Origin: Macrostomum lignano
Taxonomy: Eukaryota
Direction of reading: 5' to 3'
Length of the DNA stretch: 64,000 nt
Assembly: GCA_002269645.1 (NCBI GenBank)
Contig: NIVC01000916.1
Coordinates: 227,354 to 291,353, forward strand
In this document: positions 39,587 to 50,879 of the stretch, piece by piece
Layout: each line of letters starts with the position of its first letter
Numbering within the stretch: position 1 is the stretch's first letter
Position numbers and translations under genes: made by a program
Notes under the pieces: generated by a model
What the model was told of the DNA's origin: nothing
Database searches by the model: none
The model's input: only the letters and a program-made list of their open reading frames with translations

Positions 39587-39837
39587 CTACTGAATTCTTT
39601 CGCCTGTGGCAGCAGCGGCGGCAGCGGCCGTGAATCTCTCCCGCCGCATGCAGGAGCTGTCGGAGTGCTTGCTGAGGTAGCTCTTGAGGGCGAACCGCTT
39701 GCCGCAGCGGCCGCACTGGTGCGGCTTCTCCTTGGAGTGCGTCTGCACATGAGCCCGCAGGTTGGACTTGTCAGCGAAGGACTTGCCGCACAGCTGGCAG
39801 GGGAAGGGCCGCTCTCCCGTGTGCGTGCGCAGGTGAC
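39587..39837 (-). CDS. scrt: Scratch-like C2H2 transcription factor, last exon
   Basis: [57 protein letters not shown]; ALKSYL..H..SSC is typical of Scratch rather than Snail; acceptor ccgcAG; stop TAG. Confidence 0.9.
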
Positions 39838-40759
39838 CTGCGGATTTGGGTGCACCGAGGAGTTAACGGGACAGTTTGTCTCTTAAAAAAATTATTGAAG
39901 GATGGTTTTACGCTTTCAGTTGACCGACCATTTCAGTCCGAGCATTCCGCTAAACCATGAGTACAAGCTCGCAATACTGTAAGCAGACACGCACTTATAC
40001 AATGTACAGCGGCCCTGAACTTATAATCGTCAGGCATGTACACTCTCCGTGCCTTGGAGGTCAGCCTTCATGGGTATGCGCATGCACAAAGGTAAGTAGA
40101 AAGACGCTAAACTCGACTTTCTGAGAAAGATGCTGGAGGCCGGTTGTCAGGGCCACCGATCTCCGTGGCTTTGCGACCTCTGCTGGTTATCGATCTCCCT
40201 CCTAGATCCTATGAAGACTATGATTTCCTCCATTCTTGCTTAACTTAGCTGCAGGGTGGTCCGTAGACACAGCGGGGAGGCCAGTGTCGCCTATTCCGCT
40301 ATCTATTCACTGGAATCGACTGCATCACAGCACTGCCAACCGGGTCCTTAAAGTGGCTGCAAGTTGATCCTTTCGGTATGCTGCAAATTGACCAATTTTG
40401 CAATATTTCAGCCACCTCAACAGGACATTCAAGCTAGAACTGAGGCTGAGTTTTTTAATTCAATATTCGGCTGGCCAAATGTTTGTGCTGAGCGAGCATT
40501 GACTAGCTGCTGCAGGCCGAGGGACTCCCAACAAAGAGTCACCAGGGCCTACCATTTGATGTGATGCTCTGATGTGCCACCCTGTGTTGAAGTGCCAACC
40601 AAAGTTAAACAAGCAGCGGATCAAATAATGGGACAGTTGCGTTGAAAGCCAGATGATGCAATGACAGAACAGGAGACCAACTGCAGCCAAAATGGGGCGT
40701 GAGAAGATGCCATATAGATGCAAATCCATTAACCCCCCCCCTCCGAGCGTTTTTGTCAC

Positions 40760-41146
40760 CTTGTAGCAGCCAGGGCCGGCTGAACCGCTTGCCGCAGTAG
40801 TTGCACACGCAGCCGGCCTGCTGCTGCGGCTGCTGGTGGCTCCTGCCGCTGCTCAGCCGCGCTTTGACAACGCTGGATCTCGGCGCCGCGGAGGGTGCGC
40901 AAACTCGCTGAAGCGTCGGTGGAGGCGGCGGTGGCAGCGGCGGGAGCTGCGGCCAACTGGCCAGTCTGGCCAAGGCTGTCGCTGCCGCCGCTGCCGCTGC
41001 CGCTGCGGAGGCGGCCACCGCTGCCCTGGCAGCAGCAGCCTGGTTGGTCAGCGGCGGCAGCTGAGACAGACTGTAGAGCGGCAGCGGCGGTCGCAGGAGC
41101 GGCAGGTTGTGCAGCTGGTTGGTCAGCTGCAGTTTCGGGCCATCCG
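40760..41146 (-). CDS. scrt: Scratch-like gene, penultimate exon
   Basis: Ala/Pro-rich linker then CNYCGKRFSRPWLLQG; acceptor ttacgcAG; donor G|GTGACA; upstream exon not resolved. Confidence 0.8.
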
Positions 41147-42440
41147 CTGCGTAAGCAATTAAAATTTAAAATCTTAATAGTTGCGGGATTAAACAAAAAG
41201 CAAGGAGGAACATCTCGTACTTGAATGGTTTATCCCCGTTAGAATTTGTCCCCTTCAATTAACTGAACCCTGCTAAACTAAAGCTGTCACTTTGGTGAAA
41301 ATTTCTGGCTAATAGAGTCCCAGAAGCATGTGTCGCAGGCCCGACACTCCGGTGACAAGATCGGCACGGGATTGCAGGCATCTTAGCGGCCACCGATAGC
41401 GCTTCCCCTAAATTCTGTAATTCCCACGCAACTCTTAGCGCCGTCAATCTCCCGGTCAATGATCCCCATTTTTTTCAGCGAATTTGGGGAGAAATTTGTG
41501 CTGTGTGGTGGGGGGCGGCCGTCGGCTACATGCGGCTACATGCGGCTACCTTCCACTTCGCTGCTTGCATCGCTCACTGCCGCCTGTCGCCTGAGGCACC
41601 CACGCCCCCACCGCCTCCTGACTGAAAGGCCAACTGTGCCGCTGCTTGCCGCGTCCCGAGCTGCCCACTGGCTCTCCCCCCCCCCACAGCTACCGTATCT
41701 CTACCGTGGGCTCCGCCATCAAAGCCGCAGCTGCCTCATCATCAGATCTCGGCGATCGCCGCTGGAATTCCCGAATCCTGGCCCAGCTCCAACTGAAGCG
41801 GCTCTCGCATCTGTCCTCCTCGGTGGGAATTCTTGGAATCCTCATCATCAGCTGCGATTCGCGCTTCGATTTTTCTCCCATTCGGTTGTTTTCAAACAAC
41901 AGGGCGCAACCACCGAATTCCGAGCGGCAACAACTGGCACCGCCGCGTAACGGGTGGGGGGGGCGATGCAGCGATGATCGCTCTATCAGGAATCGGTTTT
42001 CAGAGCCCTGCACGCAGATTGCCTGCGCCAGACACAGGCTGGTCTAATTTTCAGCTTATTAACAGCACTTTAATTAACTCTACATGCTTCAACTGGCGGG
42101 CCACGTGATCCGGGCCGAGGGCTGCTGCCCCCAACCTGTTCAGGACGTCCTGCTGCTCACTTTGCAGGGTCCATTCAGGCGGGGTCAGGCTGCGTGGACT
42201 GCCTGCTGTGCGACGCTGGAGCGCCCGACACTGCCCACGGAGCGGACTTTGTTCGCTCCCAGGCTCTGCGGCGCGCCATCTGACGCGCCCTGCTCTAACT
42301 GTGACTGTGCATGCGGGGCCGCGTATTTTGTTGTTATTGTTGTTGTTGACATGCTCCACTTCATTCTAATGAACTGAGTTATCCGTTAGATCTAGAAAAC
42401 TCAATAGAATGAAATACTCGTTCATGCTGGCCGTACCTAT

Positions 42441-43330
<890 letters not shown>

Positions 43331-44357
43331 TCTGCGTTCCAAATCTCACCGAGAATGGCAGTTTCAGTCCACGGCAGGCGGGCCCTCAGCAGTGTAGTTC
43401 TCAGCAGTCCAGCTCGGCAGTGCAGGTCAAGTCCGCGATCGTCCATGTTTCAAAGCACTGCAAGACCTGTTCTGAATCACCTCGAATCCACTCTGACATG
43501 AATGTCTGGGGAAATATAGAATCGAATGTGGAATGGACGTAGTGGAGCTAAATTTCGACAATTATTTCGCGCCCTGCATTGTAAAATTGTAACCGTTCGG
43601 ATGCCGAGACAATTACCGCAACCAATAAGCTTTCGACTAGTTATTTGCTAGAGGATGGCGCTCCTGTGACTACTTTTGGATTTTCAATAGCTTGCTTCAT
43701 TGAATTATGTTATTAAGATGAAAATTTTTACTATTTTAATTTACACACACACACACTAAGTAATTGAAACTTATTAGCATGAAATTTTGACGTACACACT
43801 AAGTTATTTTATATGATGAGGACGCACTTTTTTCCAAATTTCACGCTCGCACATGGGCTCCAAACTTGCTAGCCTACTAACAGCAGGCTATGGGCATTTT
43901 TCTTCTTTTTATGTAATTTTCCTTGAATTCATATTAGTAGGATTTTTGTAGCTATATGATTTTGCCATACTTGTTGTTATAATAACATAGGCGCGGTTTT
44001 TGCTACTTTTGGGTCATAAATCATTCCTTTTGAGCTGGTCTGACAGCCACCTGCGCCTCACTCAGTGTTGAGGCTGGCGCCAGATGGTCTGAGAGGATGC
44101 AGGCGGTAGCTTTTATCTCATCATTTTTGACAGGTCATCAGATTTATGAGGTCAGGGCCTATTGTTCGTGTTCACTCAAGCGTTTGACAGTTTGACCCCA
44201 TGCTTATTTTTTCATTAACTTTTGTAATTCCTACGCAAAATTCATAAAACATTATGTAGCGATTTTGAGTGATTTATGACAACACCTGGCGTATTTTTAT
44301 GCCCCCGAGGGAACTGATGGGATCTTCTGGTCACGTGAGTTTGGGTGGTAACAGGCT

Positions 44358-44475
44358 CAACCAATCAGAAAAATGAGAAAATTCGACGTCAGTTATAATA
44401 AATCGGCTCAGCCAATCAGCGTCGAGGTGCTCCATTCTAACAAATTGCGGTCTAGTTGGCGGCTATTTAAACCGG
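44358..44475 (+). promoter_or_regulatory. Pol II promoter-like motif cluster
   Basis: Two CCAATCAG boxes, TGACGT-like site on the minus strand, and TATTTAAA upstream of a GC-rich tract; no gene assigned. Confidence 0.3.
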
Positions 44476-45244
44476 TGTTTTTGGCCCGCTCGATCGGACC
44501 TCAACCTGCTCAGACCCAGCACGCAACTTCTGGTTCCCGGAGCTCGACCGTCGTCTCTTGATCCCCGGATCGCGACTACCCCCGTCATCATCCAGGACGA
44601 ATCCCCCCGGTCGACAGCAGCGATCAGCAAGGTTAAGATCAACACCTGCTAGCTATTTGCGAAGACTGTGACAGCATCACTCCGGGCCTACAGCTGCGAA
44701 GCACTTAGCCGAATCGGTCACTGTGGATTACCTGGTCTCCGGCTGTTGAGTTTCTGATTGGTTGGGTGAGACTACCTAGACTTGCTTGATTAATGGGTGA
44801 TTCCTTATCTGTCCCCTGTTTCAGTAGCTGGATTAGGCGCACACTTTTGCTCATTTTGTTCAGTAGTGCTGTTATTGAGGCAGAAGTCATTCAATAATAC
44901 TGTTAGTAGCCTGAAACTCCAATTTAATCTGAGGTGTGTGAAGTGAATCAGTGAGAAGGTTAAATCTGACTCATGGCTCAGATGAGTAGCTAAGCTAGTA
45001 GGCGCCGGTCACAGTGGACCAATGGCAAGGCAGTTCTCAGTCGATCCATCTATCAAATCAGTTAGCAAAGTTGCCAATAGTGCAAAATCGGTGCTAGCGA
45101 TGTACTCTGTGCACTCTAGATTCGCCAAGCGGCTCGGGTAATGAATCCATGCGGTCTCTGAGGTTCGAGTTAGTCCATCATCAGCGCTACGAGAGGCTGG
45201 TTGGCGCGTTGAAGGCCAAAAGTACAATTCCTCGTATTTAGCAA

Positions 45245-46726
45245 CGTAGTAGTGAGGATGTTATCAAGCTGGAGGTTTGCTGGAAGGTTAGCTGAGTTGG
45301 CCTCCGGACTCGAGGACTCCATTGCCTTTGCCTTGTCGGCACTCCCGATGCTGTTGATGCGAGTTTTCGGCGCCGGACCCACTCGTAGTACTCCGAACTT
45401 CTCGCTCGTTGCCCTTCCGAGAATGGTGACGCCCGGGTCTTGCACTACTGTGAAGTCCACTACTTCCTCGAGGCCGCTGATTTTGACAAGGAGCTCAGCT
45501 CTGCCGGCGGTCGCCAGTGGTGTCTTCGAGCCGAACGGGTACAGCTGCCGTGCTGATCGAAGCAGTGGCGTTTTGGCTGTTTTGAGATCTTGAAAAGTCG
45601 CCTGGTCGATGACATTGCAGCTGGCGCCACTATCGATGAGCGCCTCGACCCGCTTACCGTTGATAGAGATGCTCATCAGCGGCAGCTTGTTCGCAGTCAG
45701 GCAGAAGACCTCCCCTTCGTCGCTTGGTGACTTGCTGGATTCTTCCGGGTGTTGATGCTGACCGCCAATGGTGTGCACGCGGTCTCTGGAATTGCCCTTA
45801 GACATACAGGCCTTCGCCAGGTGGCCCACCTTTTTACAGATGTTGCATGTTTTGCCTTTGGCCGCGTCGCAGCTACGGTGCCCGGTTTCTCCGCATCGGT
45901 AGCACTTGGACTTGCTGCCAGGCTTGTACGATGGTCCGTCTTGTTGCTCACCTGTGGTGCGCCTCATTGAGTTGACTGTCTCGTCGCGGCGTGACTCAAT
46001 GGCCGCTGACTGGTAGCTAGCGGCTTCGAAGGCTCGGCACAGCTGCAGTGCATCCTGCAAGTTGATGTTGGCGGTCTGCAGTAGCCGTCTTCTGAGTTGC
46101 TCGGTGTTGCATCCGGCGACAATCTGGTCGCGGATGAGCGAGTCGCGCAAATTGTCGAAGTCGCAGCTTTCTGCGGCCTTGTATAGCTGACTGACCCATG
46201 CGTCGATGCTCTGGCCGGTTGCTGCGTGCAGTTTCGGAACTCGTATCTTGAGAACACCACGCACCTGCGGCCTGTGAAGTGGTCCTTGAAAGCCTTGATG
46301 AGTTCTTCGACGGTGTTTCCGCTGTTGGTCAGCTGTTTGTATAGCTCGGCCAGCTCCCTCCCGCCTGTGTAGAGCAGGACTTGTCTCTGCTGGGCCGGAT
46401 CCTTGACTCCGGAGGCGTGGATGAAGCACAGAAAGCGCGACGACCAATCTTCCCACCGTGATGACAGTGCGTGTGCTTCTTGGTTGACGTTGAATGGCTC
46501 AGGTGGAGGCAGTTGCAGTTGAACAACGTTGCATGTCTGGCCACTGTTTTCAGTAGACATAGCTTAGCTTGCGACGCCAGTGTAGTGACTGACGCGAGAG
46601 ACAGAAGTTTAGATGAACCAAAAGCTTACAGCCCCGACTTGGGCGTGGGGTGCTATTATATATTTGAGCTCAAAGCTCTGTAATCGATTGCTCTAGAGTA
46701 AGTGTACATCTATGATGCAATGTACA
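45245..46726 (-). mobile_element. 3'-truncated Gypsy (Mag-like) element: LTR, PBS, gag and protease
   Basis: LTR TGTA..TACA 46726-46581; PBS tggcgtcgcaag; gag from ATG 46560 with a -1 shift near 46218; two zinc knuckles; protease ALIDSGAS; ends before RT; no second LTR. Confidence 0.88.
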
Positions 46727-47711
46727 CAGGAGTTAAAATCAACGTGCCGAGAAAGGGGGGGGGCAGAGTACAACAGTTACTTTTATTACTTTGAAATAAA
46801 CCTGCAGACCTGTTCTCTCAAATTACTTTCCAAGTCTATTTAGAAACAAAAAATACCTAACGACCCTTCTAAAACTGAAATGTGAGCTCACGCCCAAGGC
46901 ATTCTCTCAGGAAGCCTGTGGACTCTGTGGAGCAAGAAAAGGAGCCGATATTCTTCACTACCTAAGTGAGTGCCCACAAACACTAGAAATTAGGAAAAAA
47001 TACTTTTCACAATATCTTCTAGATGCCACACACATGCATAAAATAGGGTATGCCACAAATGAAAAAAAAGTCAGAAAAGAGCTCTCCGGAGTAGCTAAAA
47101 TTTACAATGTCATATACAGTTAAATTTATTTACCTGAAATATATAACATGTTTATATACAAATATAGCAGTAAAGTACTAAGTCCGCTTCTTATTCCTAC
47201 CATCATGATTCACATCCTTGGTACGGGTTCTTGGCGCATTTCTGCAGAAAAGTCTCTATTTCTATAGAAAAAATTCTATTTAATGAGCATTAGACCATAA
47301 GTCGTTAGATGTCAAAAGTTGCTGATTTTTTTATCCTTTTTTAGGCCTCCAAACAGTATATTTACACATATACAATTATTGCCAAATTATGAGCAATCCT
47401 TTTACTTAATATTTTTTTCGTAAAAACCACAAAAAAAATCTTATACGCTCTTTCAAATATTATATTTTATACAATTTTGTTATCATCTGATTAATATCTA
47501 AATAACTTATTTTTATAACCTATGGGCTAAACTGTTTTGCGCAATATCACATACATAAATTTAACGCAATACTTTTTTTAACTCTCTGCTTTTTCTTTCA
47601 CCTCATTAGTCGTCCAAAGTTTCGTCAACAAAATTTACACGTTATTTCAAATACCATATTGCAAAACTCGTACTTTGTAATTGTAGTAAAAAACTAATGC
47701 TAAAATATTGC

Positions 47712-48509
47712 TGTCACGTTATTGGCGTAGTGGCTATGGCCCTCAAGAGGGCCGTTTTAATGAGAGTTGTCGTTGTAGTCCAAAAGGAAGGTTAATTGTA
47801 ATTGAACAATGGCGGTGTAGCGGTTTCGTGTAGCGGTAGCACTTATTAATAGAGAATAGAAATTCGTTGTAGTCTGGCTCTTATATTTTCTCAAATTAAT
47901 AATAGAGTTACAGAGGCGATAACAGTACGGGCACTGGCGGCTGCAACAAGTTAATGATCAGATGAGTAGACGATGGAGGATGGCAATGAGTCAATGGCAG
48001 CGAGTAGCGGTCGCGAGTAGGCAGAACGGTAGTGAGCTGGCGTTAGCCGTAGTAGAAGTACAATAGTGGAACGCAGTGTGTGTAACAGGCTGGCCTAGAC
48101 AGAGGAGCCGTGGCGAGAGATAAGGAAAACGAGAGAGCGCAGGGAACGCTAAGTGAGAGGGCCAAGAGAGCAAAGTGGAACGCCAAGGGAGAGAAAGGAA
48201 GAAAGAAAAGTGAAAAACCCAGCCCGCCGCCAGACGGGGGGTTAATAAAGAGCGCAAAAGGGGGTGGCATAAACATGGAGAGCCTTCATTGGCTGGCGAG
48301 AGAATTTGAAATTATCGATCGTGCTAAAATTTACAGACGAACGCAAGGCCTACCAAATACACAGTGAATTAGCAATTGATACAGATTATTAGCACGCTAC
48401 TACAAGTAAACGTTAGAATAAACTATTGGAAGAATTAAAATGAAAAATTGCAGGGGAAGCTATAGTCCAACGGCCCTTTTGCGGGACCACTTAAACTAGC
48501 AACGTCACA
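47712..48509 (+). mobile_element. Solo LTR (798 bp), copy A
   Basis: tgtcacgtt..aacgtcaca with perfect 5-bp TSD attgc; internal AATAAA; strand label is relative. Confidence 0.85.
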
Positions 48510-48970
48510 ATTGCCTTCTGTTCCTGAAATAATCTTAAAATACACTGAAATATATTCGCCAAACAGGCTTCTTGCCTGAGCTAACTTACTACTACTATAT
48601 CATATACTTTGGATTTTTATATTTCAAGCTTAAATGGCCTCAAAAGCTTTTGAAAAACAAAAAGATTGCTTTTCATTGTTGTTTCCTTTTTACATTTATA
48701 TTCACTTATTTAACTAGATTTAGTTGCTTTTTGTTTGAAAATAATTGTTAATCCAAATCCTTTTACTTTTCACTTTTTTCAACTTGGTCAGAATTGTGTA
48801 CATGTATGCTTATATACTTTTGTGTGCTTTTGCGGTTTTTTCTTTTATGCTTAATAATCACTACTCACTACTCATCACTACTCAGTTAATTTAAGTTGCT
48901 CCTTCATTACACTCTTTGTTCCTAAATTATGTTTTTTAAATAAAAATTGCTGTTCATTTATCAAAACTCC

Positions 48971-49766
48971 TGTGACGTTGCTGGTTTAAGTGGTCCCGCA
49001 AAAGGGCCGTTGGACTGCTGTTTCTCTATAGTTTCAACCTTTCCGTTTCACCGTTTCAACTAAATTTTTCCATTTGTTTATTGCGACGTTTACTTGTAGT
49101 AGTGCCCAACGATTTTGTGGCAATTTCTAATTCACTGTATATTTTGCTATCCTCTCTCGCGACCGTATAATTTTGGCACGATCGATAATTTTAAGTTCTC
49201 TCGCCAGCCAATGAAAACCGCTCGTGCTTCGCGCTACCCCCTCTGCGCTCCTTTATTAAACCCCCCCCCCGCCTGGCGGCGGGCACTCCTCACTTGTTTG
49301 CTTGTCCTCCGTCCCGTCTGGCTTGCCTAGCCTTGCCTAGCCTTGTTTTCCTTCTCTCTGTCTGGCTGCCTCGAGCCTCCTTTATCTCACGCCACGGCTG
49401 ACGCCAACCTCGCCACTGCTCATCTGCCTGCCTACTACGTCTCACTGCCTTCACTGTGCTCATTGCCATTGCTCATCACGTTACGTCGCCATTACATCAC
49501 TCGTCTGTCGCTTGAACTCATATCCAATTTATCTTAAAAAAGAAACCATTGTTGCAGCCGCCAGTGCCCAGAAAGCCATAGTTTGTTATTTGCCAGTAAC
49601 AATCAAACTTACTATTTATATTAATAATAAAAACGACTACGGCAGTTTCCTGCCCTTATTGCCAAGTGCTCCGCTACACCATCCACTTCGCCTAAGTTGA
49701 CTTCAACTTATTTTGGGACTAAAACGGCCCTTTTAAGGGTCACAGCCAACATCAAATAACGTGACA
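48971..49766 (-). mobile_element. Solo LTR of the same family, copy B, inverted
   Basis: tgtgacgtt..aacgtgaca; reverse complement aligns to copy A along its length; TSD (a)ctcc. Confidence 0.85.
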
Positions 49767-50209
49767 CTCCTTTTTAGCAACATTCCTACGAGCTAGCATT
49801 TTAATGCATAAACTGACTAATATTTGTATTGATTTAAGGCATTGTTTATGTACTATAGGCCAGGATATAATGCCAATTGTGCAGTTTATGGCAGGCAATT
49901 TAATGTAATTTTGCTATATATGCCAGATTTTTTACTTTTTTGAATTGATTTACAGTATTCATATTATACTATATTATTTTTCTAATGACTTTAGTATAAC
50001 TATAGTATACTTATTTTACTATTATAGGTTTTTACTTTATTTTTGCATTATAGACTAGATCTTGATGCTATTTTTATATACTAGGGCCCTATGCCACATT
50101 TGGCATCAGTTTTGCACTGCAGGCCAGATTTGGGTTTCATTTTTGTTTTTCAATTTATGCATTTGACTCCATTTTTTACTTTTTCATCATATGGCTTCAT
50201 TTCTAACCC

Positions 50210-50663
50210 CCTTGATGTTCTAGATACAACACTTTGAGAAAATAGGGTGAGATTCTAAGCCTCCCCACAAGCGATCCAGAAGCAGCAGCATGACACCCAT
50301 GCCTATGACCGCCACATTGAGATGGGCAACGCAGTCGTTGCGAGGGACTTTACTGCTGATGGCAGCTGGAAGCCTGCTGTTGTGACCGACTGCTCCAGGG
50401 CTGTGTCTCTTGCCAGTTTGACGATGGTCGAGAGGTCCATCGGCACATCAATCAAGTGCCTGCGGTGCCTTCCAAAGTTGAGCAACCGCTATGTGCCGAG
50501 GTGCCTGACGATCAACCAGAGGCCTCTGCGGAGACGCCTGGCCAGGCGCCAGAGTTGAGCTCTGCGGCGCCACTTTGACCTTCGACTAGGGCAAGAGCTT
50601 AAGCTGACCGGCTGCGCTACCAGTGACTATGGACTGTTCTTCTATGGACTGTGAACTGATATG
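50210..50663 (+). mobile_element. Remnant of an older Mag-like element (integrase C-terminus and 3' UTR), the host of the nested insertion
   Basis: QKQQHD..AVVARDF..GSWKPAVV parallels QKEHHD..AVLARDF..GRWKPARV of the young element. Confidence 0.7.
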
Positions 50664-50879
50664 CGTCTTGTGGTAGCGTGGGTCTGCTCAGTTGCTCCAC
50701 TTAGTGTAATGTACAGTGCAGGTGTACACCTGCACGCGCGCGTGTGATTGGCTGACGCTTTGTCAGACAACCTTTATTGTTGGCCAGCTATATTAAATAC
50801 AAGCTCTCTGCCTTGGGGGGGTCTTACCCCCGAAGTGGAGTTTTCACAGTGGCGACGAGACTGAAACGATCCTGCGCAA

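Noticed and set aside
41690-42013. ORF as scratch exon 1
   Set aside because: No SNAG motif and no phase-1 donor in that frame
49800-50200. Hypermutated integrase core upstream of the old Mag remnant
   Set aside because: A few motifs seemed to fit, but spacing was inconsistent and the T-rich sequence cannot derive from the purine-rich integrase by transitions
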